DNA of 49,483 bases from positions 1 to 49,483 of the forward strand of contig CAYHOJ010000001.1 of assembly GCA_964358305.1 (NCBI GenBank), read 5' to 3'. The position numbers were made by a program, and so were the translations under genes. The notes under the pieces were generated by a model. That model saw only the letters and a list, made by a program, of their open reading frames with translations, had not been told where the DNA came from and did no database searches. Within the stretch, counting starts at the first letter, position 1. Each line of letters opens with the position of its first letter. Origin of the DNA: an uncultured Gammaproteobacteria bacterium. GTDB lineage: Bacteria > Patescibacteriota > Microgenomatia > UBA1406 > GWC2-37-13. Positions 1 through 8,167 of the stretch are shown here, in pieces.

Positions 1-184
1 CAAGCCGTTTCATTTTCAAAGATTCTCAAAAAAAGTAAAATGGTAAGTCAGGAAGAGTTTGAAAAAGCAGTTCTTCACTTTTTCAAAACCATCCATCGTT
101 ATGACGCAGAACTCAAAACCTTACTGACCGATAGTTTTCAAACAATTTCAATTTAAAGTTGCAATTTCAGTTGAGTTGGGTATA
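1..184 (+). mobile_element. Probable 3' end of an IS630-family element (transposase C-terminus 1-156, then putative right terminus ending in TA)
   Basis: Frame 1 is open to TAA at 156 and ends EEFEKAVLHFFKTIHRYDAELKTLLTDSFQTISI, which resembles IS630 transposase C-termini; followed by ...AATTTCAGTTGAGTTGGGTATA. Catalytic motifs not visible in the window. Confidence 0.45.
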
Positions 185-334
185 CTTCCAATAAAAAGTA
201 TAGCATATCTTGATGGGTCAGCTATGTTAGGCTAAGTTCAATAAAAAGTTCTTTAAAATTTTTGCGTTTTTTTTTACGAATATTTAGTTTCAGTTAATCT
301 TTTAGGCAGGCAAGAATTTTTTAAACGGTTAAGA

Positions 335-475
335 TTATTTTTGAGGAAAAGAAAAATTTTCTGAAACTGGAGTAATTCTTTCTTTATTATGTTCCTCGAT
401 TCGTCTTTGGAGATCTTTCGTCTGTTCGCAGTAAAGTGAATTATCCGAACAGCGGAGGAGATATAGATAGTACAT
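335..475 (-). pseudogene. Truncated GIY-YIG nuclease (YazA/UPF0213-like)
   Basis: Manual translation MYYLYLLRCSDNSLYCEQTKDLQRRIEEHNKEELLQFQKNFSFPQK*: N-terminal GIY-YIG pattern with the conserved Gly replaced by Glu, similarity lost after HN. Confidence 0.75.
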
Positions 476-478
476 ATA

Positions 479-961
479 TCATTTGATTATTTTTACCAGT
501 GTTAAAGAAGTAAGAAATAGGATAATAAAACTGCTGATAAACCAACTCAAAAGAAGTTGAAAAGGTAAATTAAAAAGAAGATAGACTGGTAGAGTGAAAA
601 AGATAAATGAAGTTCCAATCATCAAGTCGGTAAAAAAGGTTACTCGATGCCAAAATTGTTTTGGTAAAAGGTTTCTTATGTAGTAATAAACAAGTCCGAT
701 TGACAATCCACTGGCAAAAGTAAATGTGGAAGATGTAACTATAAAATTGAGTGGGGGAGGTCCCGTATTAGGCATCATTGATTGACTCCATACGCCAAAA
801 TACTGGGGCATAAGGTAGTATCTCATAGTTAAGATTATTTCTATTTGGCGAATAGCAGTTGCAAAAACAAGATAGAGCAGTCCACAGAGAAATAATTTCC
901 CCCATTTTATTTCTTTAATCCATTTAATTGTGTGTTTTGGCCATTCCGGTGTAACGAGCAT
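479..961 (-). CDS. Hypothetical membrane protein (about 4 TM)
   Basis: 160-aa ORF with four hydrophobic segments. Confidence 0.75.
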   Translation of the reverse strand: MLVTPEWPKHTIKWIKEIKWGKLFLCGLLYLVFATAIRQIEIILTMRYYLMPQYFGVWSQSMMPNTGPPPLNFIVTSSTFTFASGLSIGLVYYYIRNLLPKQFWHRVTFFTDLMIGTSFIFFTLPVYLLFNLPFQLLLSWFISSFIILFLTSLTLVKIIK

Positions 962-1082
962 TGTTTATAAATAGAGTATCATATTTTTTAAAAATGTAAA
1001 ACTCTGTGCTGGTGTAAAAAATTATACATATTTAATCTATCCTTAGTGGTTTAATTCCCCGATGCTTGCGTCGGAATATGTT

Positions 1083-1114
1083 TGTCATCAATCCCCATCT
1101 CCACAGGGATGACA
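1083..1114. repeat. Imperfect palindrome TGTCATC...AGGGATGACA, left flank of small-ORF cassette
   Basis: Similar ends and length to the copy at 1523-1555. Confidence 0.5.
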
Positions 1115-1157
1115 TCTATCGTCAAAAGAATCCTTTCCCAACAACATAATTCCTTAC

Positions 1158-1205
1158 TTTTGTAGGTTATAAGCGACTGACAAATGAAAAAGGATTGTTT
1201 ATAGT
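1158..1205 (+). promoter_or_regulatory. Leader motif TTTTGTAGGTTATAAGCG plus sigma70-like promoter (CTGACA-N17-TATAGT)
   Basis: Same motif at 23548 (interrupted) and 42629, each 1 nt before a -35-like hexamer. Confidence 0.65.
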
Positions 1206-1214
1206 TATTCTAAG

Positions 1215-1397
1215 ATGAAAATAATAGTTGACGTAAAAATATCTTATTTAAAAATTATTTCATCTTTATCTGTTAACTGTGCCTCTGGAATTTTATTAAC
1301 ATTACCAGTTGTTAAGAACACCTCAATTTTAATAGCAAATATAATTTTTGCTATACTATTATTAATTTTAGCAGTTAAGATTGAAGATATAATATAA
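1215..1397 (+). CDS. Small 2-TM membrane protein
   Basis: 60-aa hydrophobic ORF directly after a promoter. Confidence 0.6.
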   Translation: MKIIVDVKISYLKIISSLSVNCASGILLTLPVVKNTSILIANIIFAILLLILAVKIEDII

Positions 1398-1399
1398 CT

Positions 1400-1519
1400 A
1401 TGTTTAATCTTGATGAGTACTATCGTAGAGGTCAGATAGGATTAGGTTTAGCACTTATCTCCGTACTTCTTTTATTAATTTTTTCCGTTAAAGTTGGTAA
1501 AGCTAGTAAAAATAAATAA
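1400..1519 (+). CDS. Small single-TM protein (39 aa, not in ORF track)
   Basis: MFNLDEYYRRGQIGLGLALISVLLLLIFSVKVGKASKNK*, starts 2 nt after the previous stop. Confidence 0.55.
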   Translation: MFNLDEYYRRGQIGLGLALISVLLLLIFSVKVGKASKNK

Positions 1520-1522
1520 TTC

Positions 1523-1555
1523 TGTCGTCAGGCAGGGGAAGGAATAGGGATGACA
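1523..1555. repeat. Imperfect palindrome TGTCGTC...AGGGATGACA, right flank of small-ORF cassette
   Basis: Matches 1083-1114 at both ends. Confidence 0.5.
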
Positions 1556-1647
1556 GTAAGAATATTTATTTGAAGAATATTAACAATACTATTGCATATA
1601 CAAAGTCGTCCCAATCACATTTAAAAAAGCAGTTTTTAAAATTTTTG

Positions 1648-1718
1648 TTGGGAGACTAGGAATCGGACCTAGATAACAACATCCAAAGTGTTGTGTCCTA
1701 CCGTTGGACGATCTCCCA
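1648..1718 (-). tRNA. tRNA-Gln(UUG), CCA not encoded
   Basis: Acceptor TGGGAGA/TCTCCCA (U1-A72), anticodon arm CAACA-CTTTGGA-TGTTG, T arm CTAGG-TCCGATT-CCTAG. Confidence 0.93.
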
Positions 1719-1778
1719 TAAGTTAAACAGAGTATATTTTACCAAAAAACAGCTTCTATAGTTTGCTATAATTTTGCT

Positions 1779-2936
1779 ATGAACGACACAATTACTTGTC
1801 CGCACTGCAAAAAAAAGTTTCCCCTCGATCAGGCGATGACTCACGAGATAAAGGAACAACTTGAGGTAGAGACAAATAAAAAATTAGAAGATGAGAAAAA
1901 ACGTTTAAATGATGAAGCCCACAGTTGGAGAGAAAATCAACTAACAAAATTAAAAGAGAAAGCCAAAGAAGAGATGAAAATGCAGCTTAAAGATAAAAGT
2001 AATGAACTTGAGGAATTAAGGAATCAGAAAAAAACTTTGCAGGAACAAACATTAGAACTGAATAAACTAATACGCCAAATAAAACAAGAAAGTGACAATC
2101 AAAGAATTGAAATGGAAAAGAAATTAATGACTTCACAAGAAAATATTAGGGAAGAGGAAAAAAGAAAGTCTGACGAAGAAAACAAACTAAAAATTTTGGA
2201 AAAAGATAAGAAAATATCAGACGCAATGAAAATGGTTGAAGAATATAAAAGAAAATTAGAACAAGGATCTCAGCAGTCTCAAGGAGAAGTAATGGAAGAT
2301 GAATTAAAAAAAATATTAGGAACAGAATTCCCTTATGATTTTATATCCGACGTACCCAAAGGTATTCGAGGAGCTGATTTAGTACAGACAGTAAAAAATA
2401 ACGCCGGAAAAGAATGCGGAACGATTTTATGGGAGTCAAAAAGAACTAAAGCCTGGACTGAGGGATGGATATCTAAATTGAAACAAGATCAAAGAGAAAT
2501 AAAAGCAGAACTGGCTATTATTGTGACTCAAGTTATGCCGCAGGGGGTAAAAAATTTTGGGTTGAAGGATGGAATCTGGGTGGTTGATTATAAAACAGTA
2601 ATAGGAGCGGCAATATCTCTCAGAAACAATTTGATAGAAGTATTTGGTGTTCGTTCAGCAAATCGCGGCAAAGAAGAAAAAAAAGAAATTTTATGGAACT
2701 ATTTAACCAGTGTAGAATTTAAACAACGGGTTGAAGCAATCTACGAATCTTATAACAGTTTGCGTGATGAATTACAAAAAGAAAAAGATTGGTTCACTCA
2801 TAAATGGGCTAGGGAAGAAAAAAATATTTCTTTAATTAAAGATAATTTACTTGGTATGCATGGAGATTTGGAAGGGATTGTGGGAAAGACACTCCCGGAA
2901 TTAGAGCAGTTGAAAGAACTAGGATCAGGAAAATAA
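1779..2936 (+). CDS. DUF2130 family coiled-coil protein
   Basis: N-terminal CPHC, long coiled coil, GSQQSQGEV, GAD and ILWESKRTKAW motifs. Confidence 0.85.
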   Translation: MNDTITCPHCKKKFPLDQAMTHEIKEQLEVETNKKLEDEKKRLNDEAHSWRENQLTKLKEKAKEEMKMQLKDKSNELEELRNQKKTLQEQTLELNKLIRQIKQESDNQRIEMEKKLMTSQENIREEEKRKSDEENKLKILEKDKKISDAMKMVEEYKRKLEQGSQQSQGEVMEDELKKILGTEFPYDFISDVPKGIRGADLVQTVKNNAGKECGTILWESKRTKAWTEGWISKLKQDQREIKAELAIIVTQVMPQGVKNFGLKDGIWVVDYKTVIGAAISLRNNLIEVFGVRSANRGKEEKKEILWNYLTSVEFKQRVEAIYESYNSLRDELQKEKDWFTHKWAREEKNISLIKDNLLGMHGDLEGIVGKTLPELEQLKELGSGK

Positions 2937-2946
2937 AAAAACGGAA

Positions 2947-3033
2947 GTCATTCCCGCGAAGGCGGGAATCCAGACTAAAATAACTTTTTAAAATGTAATT
3001 ATCGACTGGATCCCCTCCTACGAGGGGATGACA
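2947..3033. repeat. Inverted doublet of GTCATTCCCGCGAAGGCGGGAATCCAG-type REP (dRS3-like)
   Basis: Hairpin 2947-2973 and an inverted variant 3004-3032 around an AT-rich spacer. Confidence 0.85.
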
Positions 3034-3038
3034 AACTT

Positions 3039-3593
3039 ATGAAATCAAATATTATAGATAATCCAAACCTTCATAATTTTTTCTCCTTCATCTCAAAAGC
3101 GGTAATAATTATTCCGATTTTTATTTTGATTATTTCATTATTCTTAAAATTTGGACAATCAAAAACGGGTTTGATAAATCAAACCCCAACAAAAGTACAG
3201 ACGCCCAATTTGGGCGTCTCTACAAAAAATAATGATTTCAAATTTGATCTTAAAGGACCAATTGTTTGTGATAGTTTATTTATTAAAGATAAAAAAATAT
3301 TATTAAAAAATAAATCAACAAATTATATATTAAATGGCGATTGTCTCTATATCTGGGAAACTGGAAAATTTAATGGGGAAAAGAAATGTGGTTTATCCAG
3401 CTATGTTAGCTTAGCTGAAACGTACTTAGATTTTATGAGTGTTGATGATTTAATCAATAATAATTTAATCAAAGACAAAATCAAAAACAAAGATATCGAT
3501 TTATGGAAAGTGATAAAAAGTTGCAAAAGGGAAGAAATTAAAGATAAAATAATATTTAACGTGCCTAAAAATATTCTATTTAAATTAAAATAA
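3039..3593 (+). CDS. Hypothetical membrane-anchored protein
   Basis: N-terminal TM, CxYxW/GxKxC motifs; contains an in-frame REP at 3195-3223. Confidence 0.75.
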   Translation: MKSNIIDNPNLHNFFSFISKAVIIIPIFILIISLFLKFGQSKTGLINQTPTKVQTPNLGVSTKNNDFKFDLKGPIVCDSLFIKDKKILLKNKSTNYILNGDCLYIWETGKFNGEKKCGLSSYVSLAETYLDFMSVDDLINNNLIKDKIKNKDIDLWKVIKSCKREEIKDKIIFNVPKNILFKLK

Positions 3594-3610
3594 TATTTTT
3601 TCCCAATAAA

Positions 3611-3737
3611 AATGTCCCGGCTACGACCTACTTTCCCTTCATCTTTCGATGTGAGTATCATTGGCGCTGACTCGTTTCACGACCTTGTTCGGGATGGAAA
3701 AGGGTGGGACCAAGTCGCTCAAGTAACCAGGACGATT
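3611..3737. repeat. Long imperfect GC-rich hairpin
   Basis: Nested complementary blocks such as GTCC/GGAC, CTTTCC..TTCATCT/GGGATGGAAAAG, TGTGA/TCAC. Confidence 0.5.
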
Positions 3738-3758
3738 GATAGTATATAATATAAATGA

Positions 3759-4313
3759 ATGGAAAACAATAATAAAAAAAGCTCTGCTTTCTATTCTTAT
3801 ATTTATAATCCTCAGATTAAATTTGATACCCAAGAGGATGGGGAAAATATATATTTATTACTTCGTAGTCATCCTTTTACTCAAATTGGTTGGATATTAG
3901 CTTCAATTTTACTTGTCATTTTATTTTTTGGACTAAATTTTTTTATTGTAAATTTATTTGATTTAGAACAATTATTTATAATAAATTTATTTTTTATTGT
4001 TTTTATTTTTAGTTTTATTTGGCTTAATGTTTTAAATTGGTATTTTAACGCAGGAATTGTGACCAATAAGAAGGTTATTGATATAGATTTTTACTCGGTG
4101 ATCTATAAAGAAATAACCGTGGCCCAGTTAGGAAAAATTGAAGATATCACTGTAAAAAGTGGTGGTTATTTTGGGTCATATTTTGATTACGGATCAGTCT
4201 TTATTCAAACAGCAGGAAGCGCAGTCAATGTAGAATTTATCAATATCCCTCATCCTTCCAATGTAGCCCAAACGATCAATAAATTATTAGGAAAAAAACA
4301 TGGATCTCAATAA
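3759..4313 (+). CDS. Membrane protein with bacterial PH (bPH_2-like) domain
   Basis: Two TMs, then IVTNKKVIDID, IEDITV, FDYGSVFIQTAG. Confidence 0.8.
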   Translation: MENNNKKSSAFYSYIYNPQIKFDTQEDGENIYLLLRSHPFTQIGWILASILLVILFFGLNFFIVNLFDLEQLFIINLFFIVFIFSFIWLNVLNWYFNAGIVTNKKVIDIDFYSVIYKEITVAQLGKIEDITVKSGGYFGSYFDYGSVFIQTAGSAVNVEFINIPHPSNVAQTINKLLGKKHGSQ

Positions 4314-4548
4314 CTTTTTTTCAACCATAAACGAGATAGGGATAAAGAATATTTTTTTTATGTTGTTTGCAATGATTTTTGCCATTTTTTATTTTTTTTA
4401 TGCTTTAGTAATCTCAAAGCAAGTTCAGGTCATGGATAAAGCCCTTCAAGATAAATATAACTGGCTTATTCTTTTCGTGACTTCATTGCAAGTGACAGCG
4501 TCATTGGCTATATTGATAATAGTATTACTCGCCGTATTTATTGTTTAA
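4300..4548 (+). CDS. Small 2-TM membrane protein
   Basis: 82 aa, overlaps upstream stop, operon-like. Confidence 0.7.
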   Translation: MDLNNFFSTINEIGIKNIFFMLFAMIFAIFYFFYALVISKQVQVMDKALQDKYNWLILFVTSLQVTASLAILIIVLLAVFIV

Positions 4549-4660
4549 AAATTTTAAATTTTAAATTTCAAATCACAAATAAATCATAAATAATAAATTT
4601 AAAACAGTTTATTATTTAAATTTTATTTGGAGCTTGGGATTTAGGATTTAGAATTTATTT
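4546..4660. repeat. Two-armed heptamer-periodic inverted repeat
   Basis: AAATTTT/AAATTTC/AAATCAC arm and TTGGAGC/TTGGGAT/TTAGGAT/TTAGAAT arm; related single arm at 46341-46398. Confidence 0.7.
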
Positions 4661-4662
4661 TT

Positions 4663-6354
4663 ATGTTTAAGCAAGAAATTGGCTTCTATTTAGGTCGTGA
4701 GAAACCTGATGGTTTTTCCGGTTTTGTTGACGAAAACAATTTATTTTTGAGCGTTGAAATTGAGACGGGTATTACTCCGGATCGCGGTCGAGAATTAACT
4801 GCCTACATTCGAGAAAAAATTAGCGTCATCAAGATTGAAAACTTACAACAATTTGATGTCTTTATTTCAAACATTATTAAAGAAAAGAATCTGCCGTCAG
4901 GGTTTTCTCTTTCTGCCGGTTATTTAAAAGGAAGTATTTTTTATTTGAAGACAGTTAATCAGGGTAAAGTCTATATTCGGCGCAATAATAAACTGGCCCT
5001 TCTTATCGAACGGGACGAAACTGCCTCAGGATATATTAAAGAAGAAGATGTTTTTGTCTTTACTTTTAATAGATTTATGAAACTGTTGGGAGAGGAAACT
5101 GGATTGAACCAAAAATTTGATCACAGATCAATCTTAGATATTATTGATGAAATAACCCCAGAATTACTTGAGCTCGATGACCAGGGGACGGCGGCTTTAT
5201 TTTTAAAACTAAAAAAAATAGAAGAAGAAATAACAAGAGCAAATGATTTTAGTTTAAAAGATTTCTATCAACGATTCGGTCAGCAAAAAACTTTAACATT
5301 CATCACGGTTTTTATTTTGGGAATAATTCTATTTTGGAGTGTCGGTTTTGGGTATATGCGTCGTTCAAACGAGAATAATCAGAAAAAAATTAATTTAACT
5401 CGTGATCTTATAAGTCAAAAATTGAATCAGGCAGAGGAAGTATCATTCTTAAATATGTCAAGTGCGTTAAGTTTGATCGCAGATAGTAAGGAAGAAGTGA
5501 AAAAGCTGGAAAAACAGATAGGAGATAAGAGAAAGGAGTTGGGCGAGATAAACAAAATGATTATTGATAGTGAGAACAAGATTTTGAAAAAAGAAGAAAA
5601 AAAATATACAGAATTTTTTGATTTGACCGTTGATGATAAAAATGCAAAAGGAGATAAAATCTATCTTAGCAACGACCGTCTTCTAGTTAGTGATAAGACA
5701 AGAGGAGTTCTGTATGAACTTTCACTTGATAAGAAATCTTTAGACAAAGATCAATCTAATGAAATAAAAAAATCTACCCTGATTGCTTTGTCTGAAGAAA
5801 AAAAATATTTTTATGTTGAAGGCGCTGGTGTTTATCAGATCATTGATGGAAAAACGAATAAGATCATTGAAGATGATAAGGATTGGGGCAAGATTGTTGA
5901 CCTGGAAGTTTTTAACAGTAATATTTATTTGTTAGACCAGGGAAAAGATCAAATTTGGAAATATATGGTTGCGGAATCAGGATTTGGTAGTAAAAGTTCT
6001 TATTTTCAATCTGGTCAATCAGTTGATTTATCTCAAGTAAATTCTTTGAGCATTGATGGCTCGGTTTATTTGGCTGGGGATGCGATTATGATCAAATATA
6101 CATCAGGTCTTCGTGACGGATTCAAAATTGATCTGCCTGATGGAAGCGCCAACATAAATAAAATCTTTACCACTCGCGATTTGGAAAAAGTGTACGGTTG
6201 GGATAAAAAGAGGGGAATAATTTATGTGATGAATAAAAACGGAGATTATCAGGAGCAGGTGAATTCAAAAATTTTGTCTACTGCCACAGACTTTGTAGTT
6301 TATAAAAATTCGATCTATGTTCTGCAGGGGGGCAAGATCTATAAGATAGAATAA
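4663..6354 (+). CDS. Single-pass membrane protein: degenerate PP2C-like N-domain, coiled coil, beta-propeller
   Basis: Central TM, repeated beta-blade patterns (NIYLLD, IDGSVY). Confidence 0.7.
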   Translation: MFKQEIGFYLGREKPDGFSGFVDENNLFLSVEIETGITPDRGRELTAYIREKISVIKIENLQQFDVFISNIIKEKNLPSGFSLSAGYLKGSIFYLKTVNQGKVYIRRNNKLALLIERDETASGYIKEEDVFVFTFNRFMKLLGEETGLNQKFDHRSILDIIDEITPELLELDDQGTAALFLKLKKIEEEITRANDFSLKDFYQRFGQQKTLTFITVFILGIILFWSVGFGYMRRSNENNQKKINLTRDLISQKLNQAEEVSFLNMSSALSLIADSKEEVKKLEKQIGDKRKELGEINKMIIDSENKILKKEEKKYTEFFDLTVDDKNAKGDKIYLSNDRLLVSDKTRGVLYELSLDKKSLDKDQSNEIKKSTLIALSEEKKYFYVEGAGVYQIIDGKTNKIIEDDKDWGKIVDLEVFNSNIYLLDQGKDQIWKYMVAESGFGSKSSYFQSGQSVDLSQVNSLSIDGSVYLAGDAIMIKYTSGLRDGFKIDLPDGSANINKIFTTRDLEKVYGWDKKRGIIYVMNKNGDYQEQVNSKILSTATDFVVYKNSIYVLQGGKIYKIE

Positions 6355-6390
6355 TATTAAATTAAATAAGAATTTAAAGTCCGGCTGGAA

Positions 6391-6419
6391 TTGACAACCA
6401 TAAAGCGATGCTTTATACT
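6391..6419 (+). promoter_or_regulatory. sigma70 promoter TTGACA-N17-TATACT with operator-like IR ATAAAGC-N3-GCTTTAT
   Basis: Near-consensus hexamers; ATG 8 nt after the -10. Confidence 0.75.
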
Positions 6420-6427
6420 TTGTTCAT

Positions 6428-7468
6428 ATGAAAAACTTATTTAGTGATCTGATTAAAAAGAAAAAAAAATTAGATAGCCTTTTACCTTTAAAAAAAGAAT
6501 TCTTAACAGAGATAGAAGACTGGTTGAAAGTGGAGTTAACTTATTCTTCAAATGCTATTGAGGGCAATACTTTAACCCGTAAAGAAACAGCCGAAGTCTT
6601 AGAAAAGGGAATTACTGCCGTTATATCTGGAAAACCTCTTAGAGATCAAATAGAGGCAATCAATCATGCTAAGGCTATAGAATTTATAAAAGATTTGGCT
6701 AAAAGAAAAAAAGAACATACAGAGATTAAAGAAGAAGATGTAAATAATATTCATAGGATTATTTTGACAGGTATTGATGATAAATGGGCTGGAAAATATA
6801 GAGAAACAGAAGTATTTATTAAGGGATCAAATGTTGATTTACCTCAACCTATAAAAGTTCCATATTTGATGAATGGGTTTATTCAGTGGTTATCAACTCA
6901 GAGAAAGGTTAACCCAATAAAAGTGGCCGCAGACGCCCATTATAAATTAGTAAGTATTCATCCCTATATTGATGGAAATGGTCGAACAGCAAGGCTTTTA
7001 ATGAATTTAATTCTTATTATCAACGACTATCCAATGGTAATCATAAGAAACGAAGAAAGGATTCAATACTTAGATTCATTAGAAGAAGCCCAACTAAAAG
7101 GAAAAATGGATTTGTATTATCATCTTATTACTTTGTCAGTTGATCGTTCACTTGAAGCTTATATCAATGCTGCTTCAAGTAAGCCCATTTTGCCGGCTTT
7201 TGAAAAAAAATCAACTTTTAAATATAAATCTAAGCGAGGATTTATCACCTATTTTGAACTTCTAAAAATTGGCGAATTAGCAAAAGAGACAGGAGAGACA
7301 ATTCACACTCTAAGATATTGGACAAAGATGGGGTTATTAAAAGTGACCAAACATACAGAGGGTGGATATCAATTATATTCTCCTGAAGTTATAAAGCAAG
7401 CTGAAAAAATAAGAAAACTTCAAAAAGAAAAAAGATTAACGATAGAAGAAATAAAAAAATTAATTTAA
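6428..7468 (+). CDS. Fic domain protein with C-terminal MerR-type HTH
   Basis: HPYIDGNGRTAR, inhibitory SNAIEGN, C-terminal LKIGELAKETGETIHTLRYWTKMGLL. Confidence 0.9.
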   Translation: MKNLFSDLIKKKKKLDSLLPLKKEFLTEIEDWLKVELTYSSNAIEGNTLTRKETAEVLEKGITAVISGKPLRDQIEAINHAKAIEFIKDLAKRKKEHTEIKEEDVNNIHRIILTGIDDKWAGKYRETEVFIKGSNVDLPQPIKVPYLMNGFIQWLSTQRKVNPIKVAADAHYKLVSIHPYIDGNGRTARLLMNLILIINDYPMVIIRNEERIQYLDSLEEAQLKGKMDLYYHLITLSVDRSLEAYINAASSKPILPAFEKKSTFKYKSKRGFITYFELLKIGELAKETGETIHTLRYWTKMGLLKVTKHTEGGYQLYSPEVIKQAEKIRKLQKEKRLTIEEIKKLI

Positions 7469-7469
7469 A

Positions 7470-7847
7470 CTATTCTCCCAAGGTTGGTAATTTTATTTCA
7501 AATCCACCACCCTCAATTGGCACAATAATTCCTAAAATATTACCTGCTAAAAGGTTAAAGACTACCAAAACCACAAAAACTAAAACTATCCCAATTAAAG
7601 CATTAGTGATTTTATTTTGGGCTTTGGTGATTTTTTCTTTCTCTCCACTTGAAGAAATCCAATCAAAGGCACCCCACAAAAGATAAACCAGCATAAACAA
7701 ACCGGCAACCAGTATAAACATTTGGATACCAAAGCCAATAAATTTACCCAATCCCTGAACGGGATTATCACCCCCTACATTCATGGCGGGAGGTGGGGAA
7801 ATGCCACCAAATAGTTCATCGATTGCTGCGTCTGCTAATAGTTTCAT
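7470..7847 (-). CDS. VirB2/TrbC-like pilin
   Basis: TM-SSGEKEKITKAQNKITNALIG-TM pattern. Confidence 0.75.
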   Translation of the reverse strand: MKLLADAAIDELFGGISPPPAMNVGGDNPVQGLGKFIGFGIQMFILVAGLFMLVYLLWGAFDWISSSGEKEKITKAQNKITNALIGIVLVFVVLVVFNLLAGNILGIIVPIEGGGFEIKLPTLGE

Positions 7848-8140
7848 TTTGGTATGATATCAGTCTTTAAGACAACTCCTAATAATTGGATAACTAAGTA
7901 ACTAATAACAACAATAATCAGGCCCAAGACGGCAGTTGCAATTGATGCGTAAGCTTTTTTTAAAGCGTCAGGATTATCACCATGAGTCAAAATATCAAAA
8001 GCGGCTTTAAGAGTGACAAATAAAAAAATAAGTCCAGCCCCGGTCATAGCTAAAGGAAGAGCAAGACTGACAATTTGACCAATACTTGTTATTTTTGCTG
8101 CAGGAAAACTATTTTGATCAATCTTGAATGCGTAGACCAT
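7844..8140 (-). CDS. VirB2/TrbC-like pilin (start revised to ATG 8140)
   Basis: TM-GDNPDALKKAYASIATAVLG-TM; TATAAT 6 nt upstream of ATG 8140. Confidence 0.7.
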   Translation of the reverse strand: MVYAFKIDQNSFPAAKITSIGQIVSLALPLAMTGAGLIFLFVTLKAAFDILTHGDNPDALKKAYASIATAVLGLIIVVISYLVIQLLGVVLKTDIIPK

Positions 8141-8167
8141 GAAGAAATTATAAGTTATAATTATCCT
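8141..8167. promoter_or_regulatory. Back-to-back -10 boxes for divergent leaderless genes
   Basis: TATAAT on - (8152-8147) and on + (8156-8161), each exactly 6 nt from an ATG. Confidence 0.65.
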
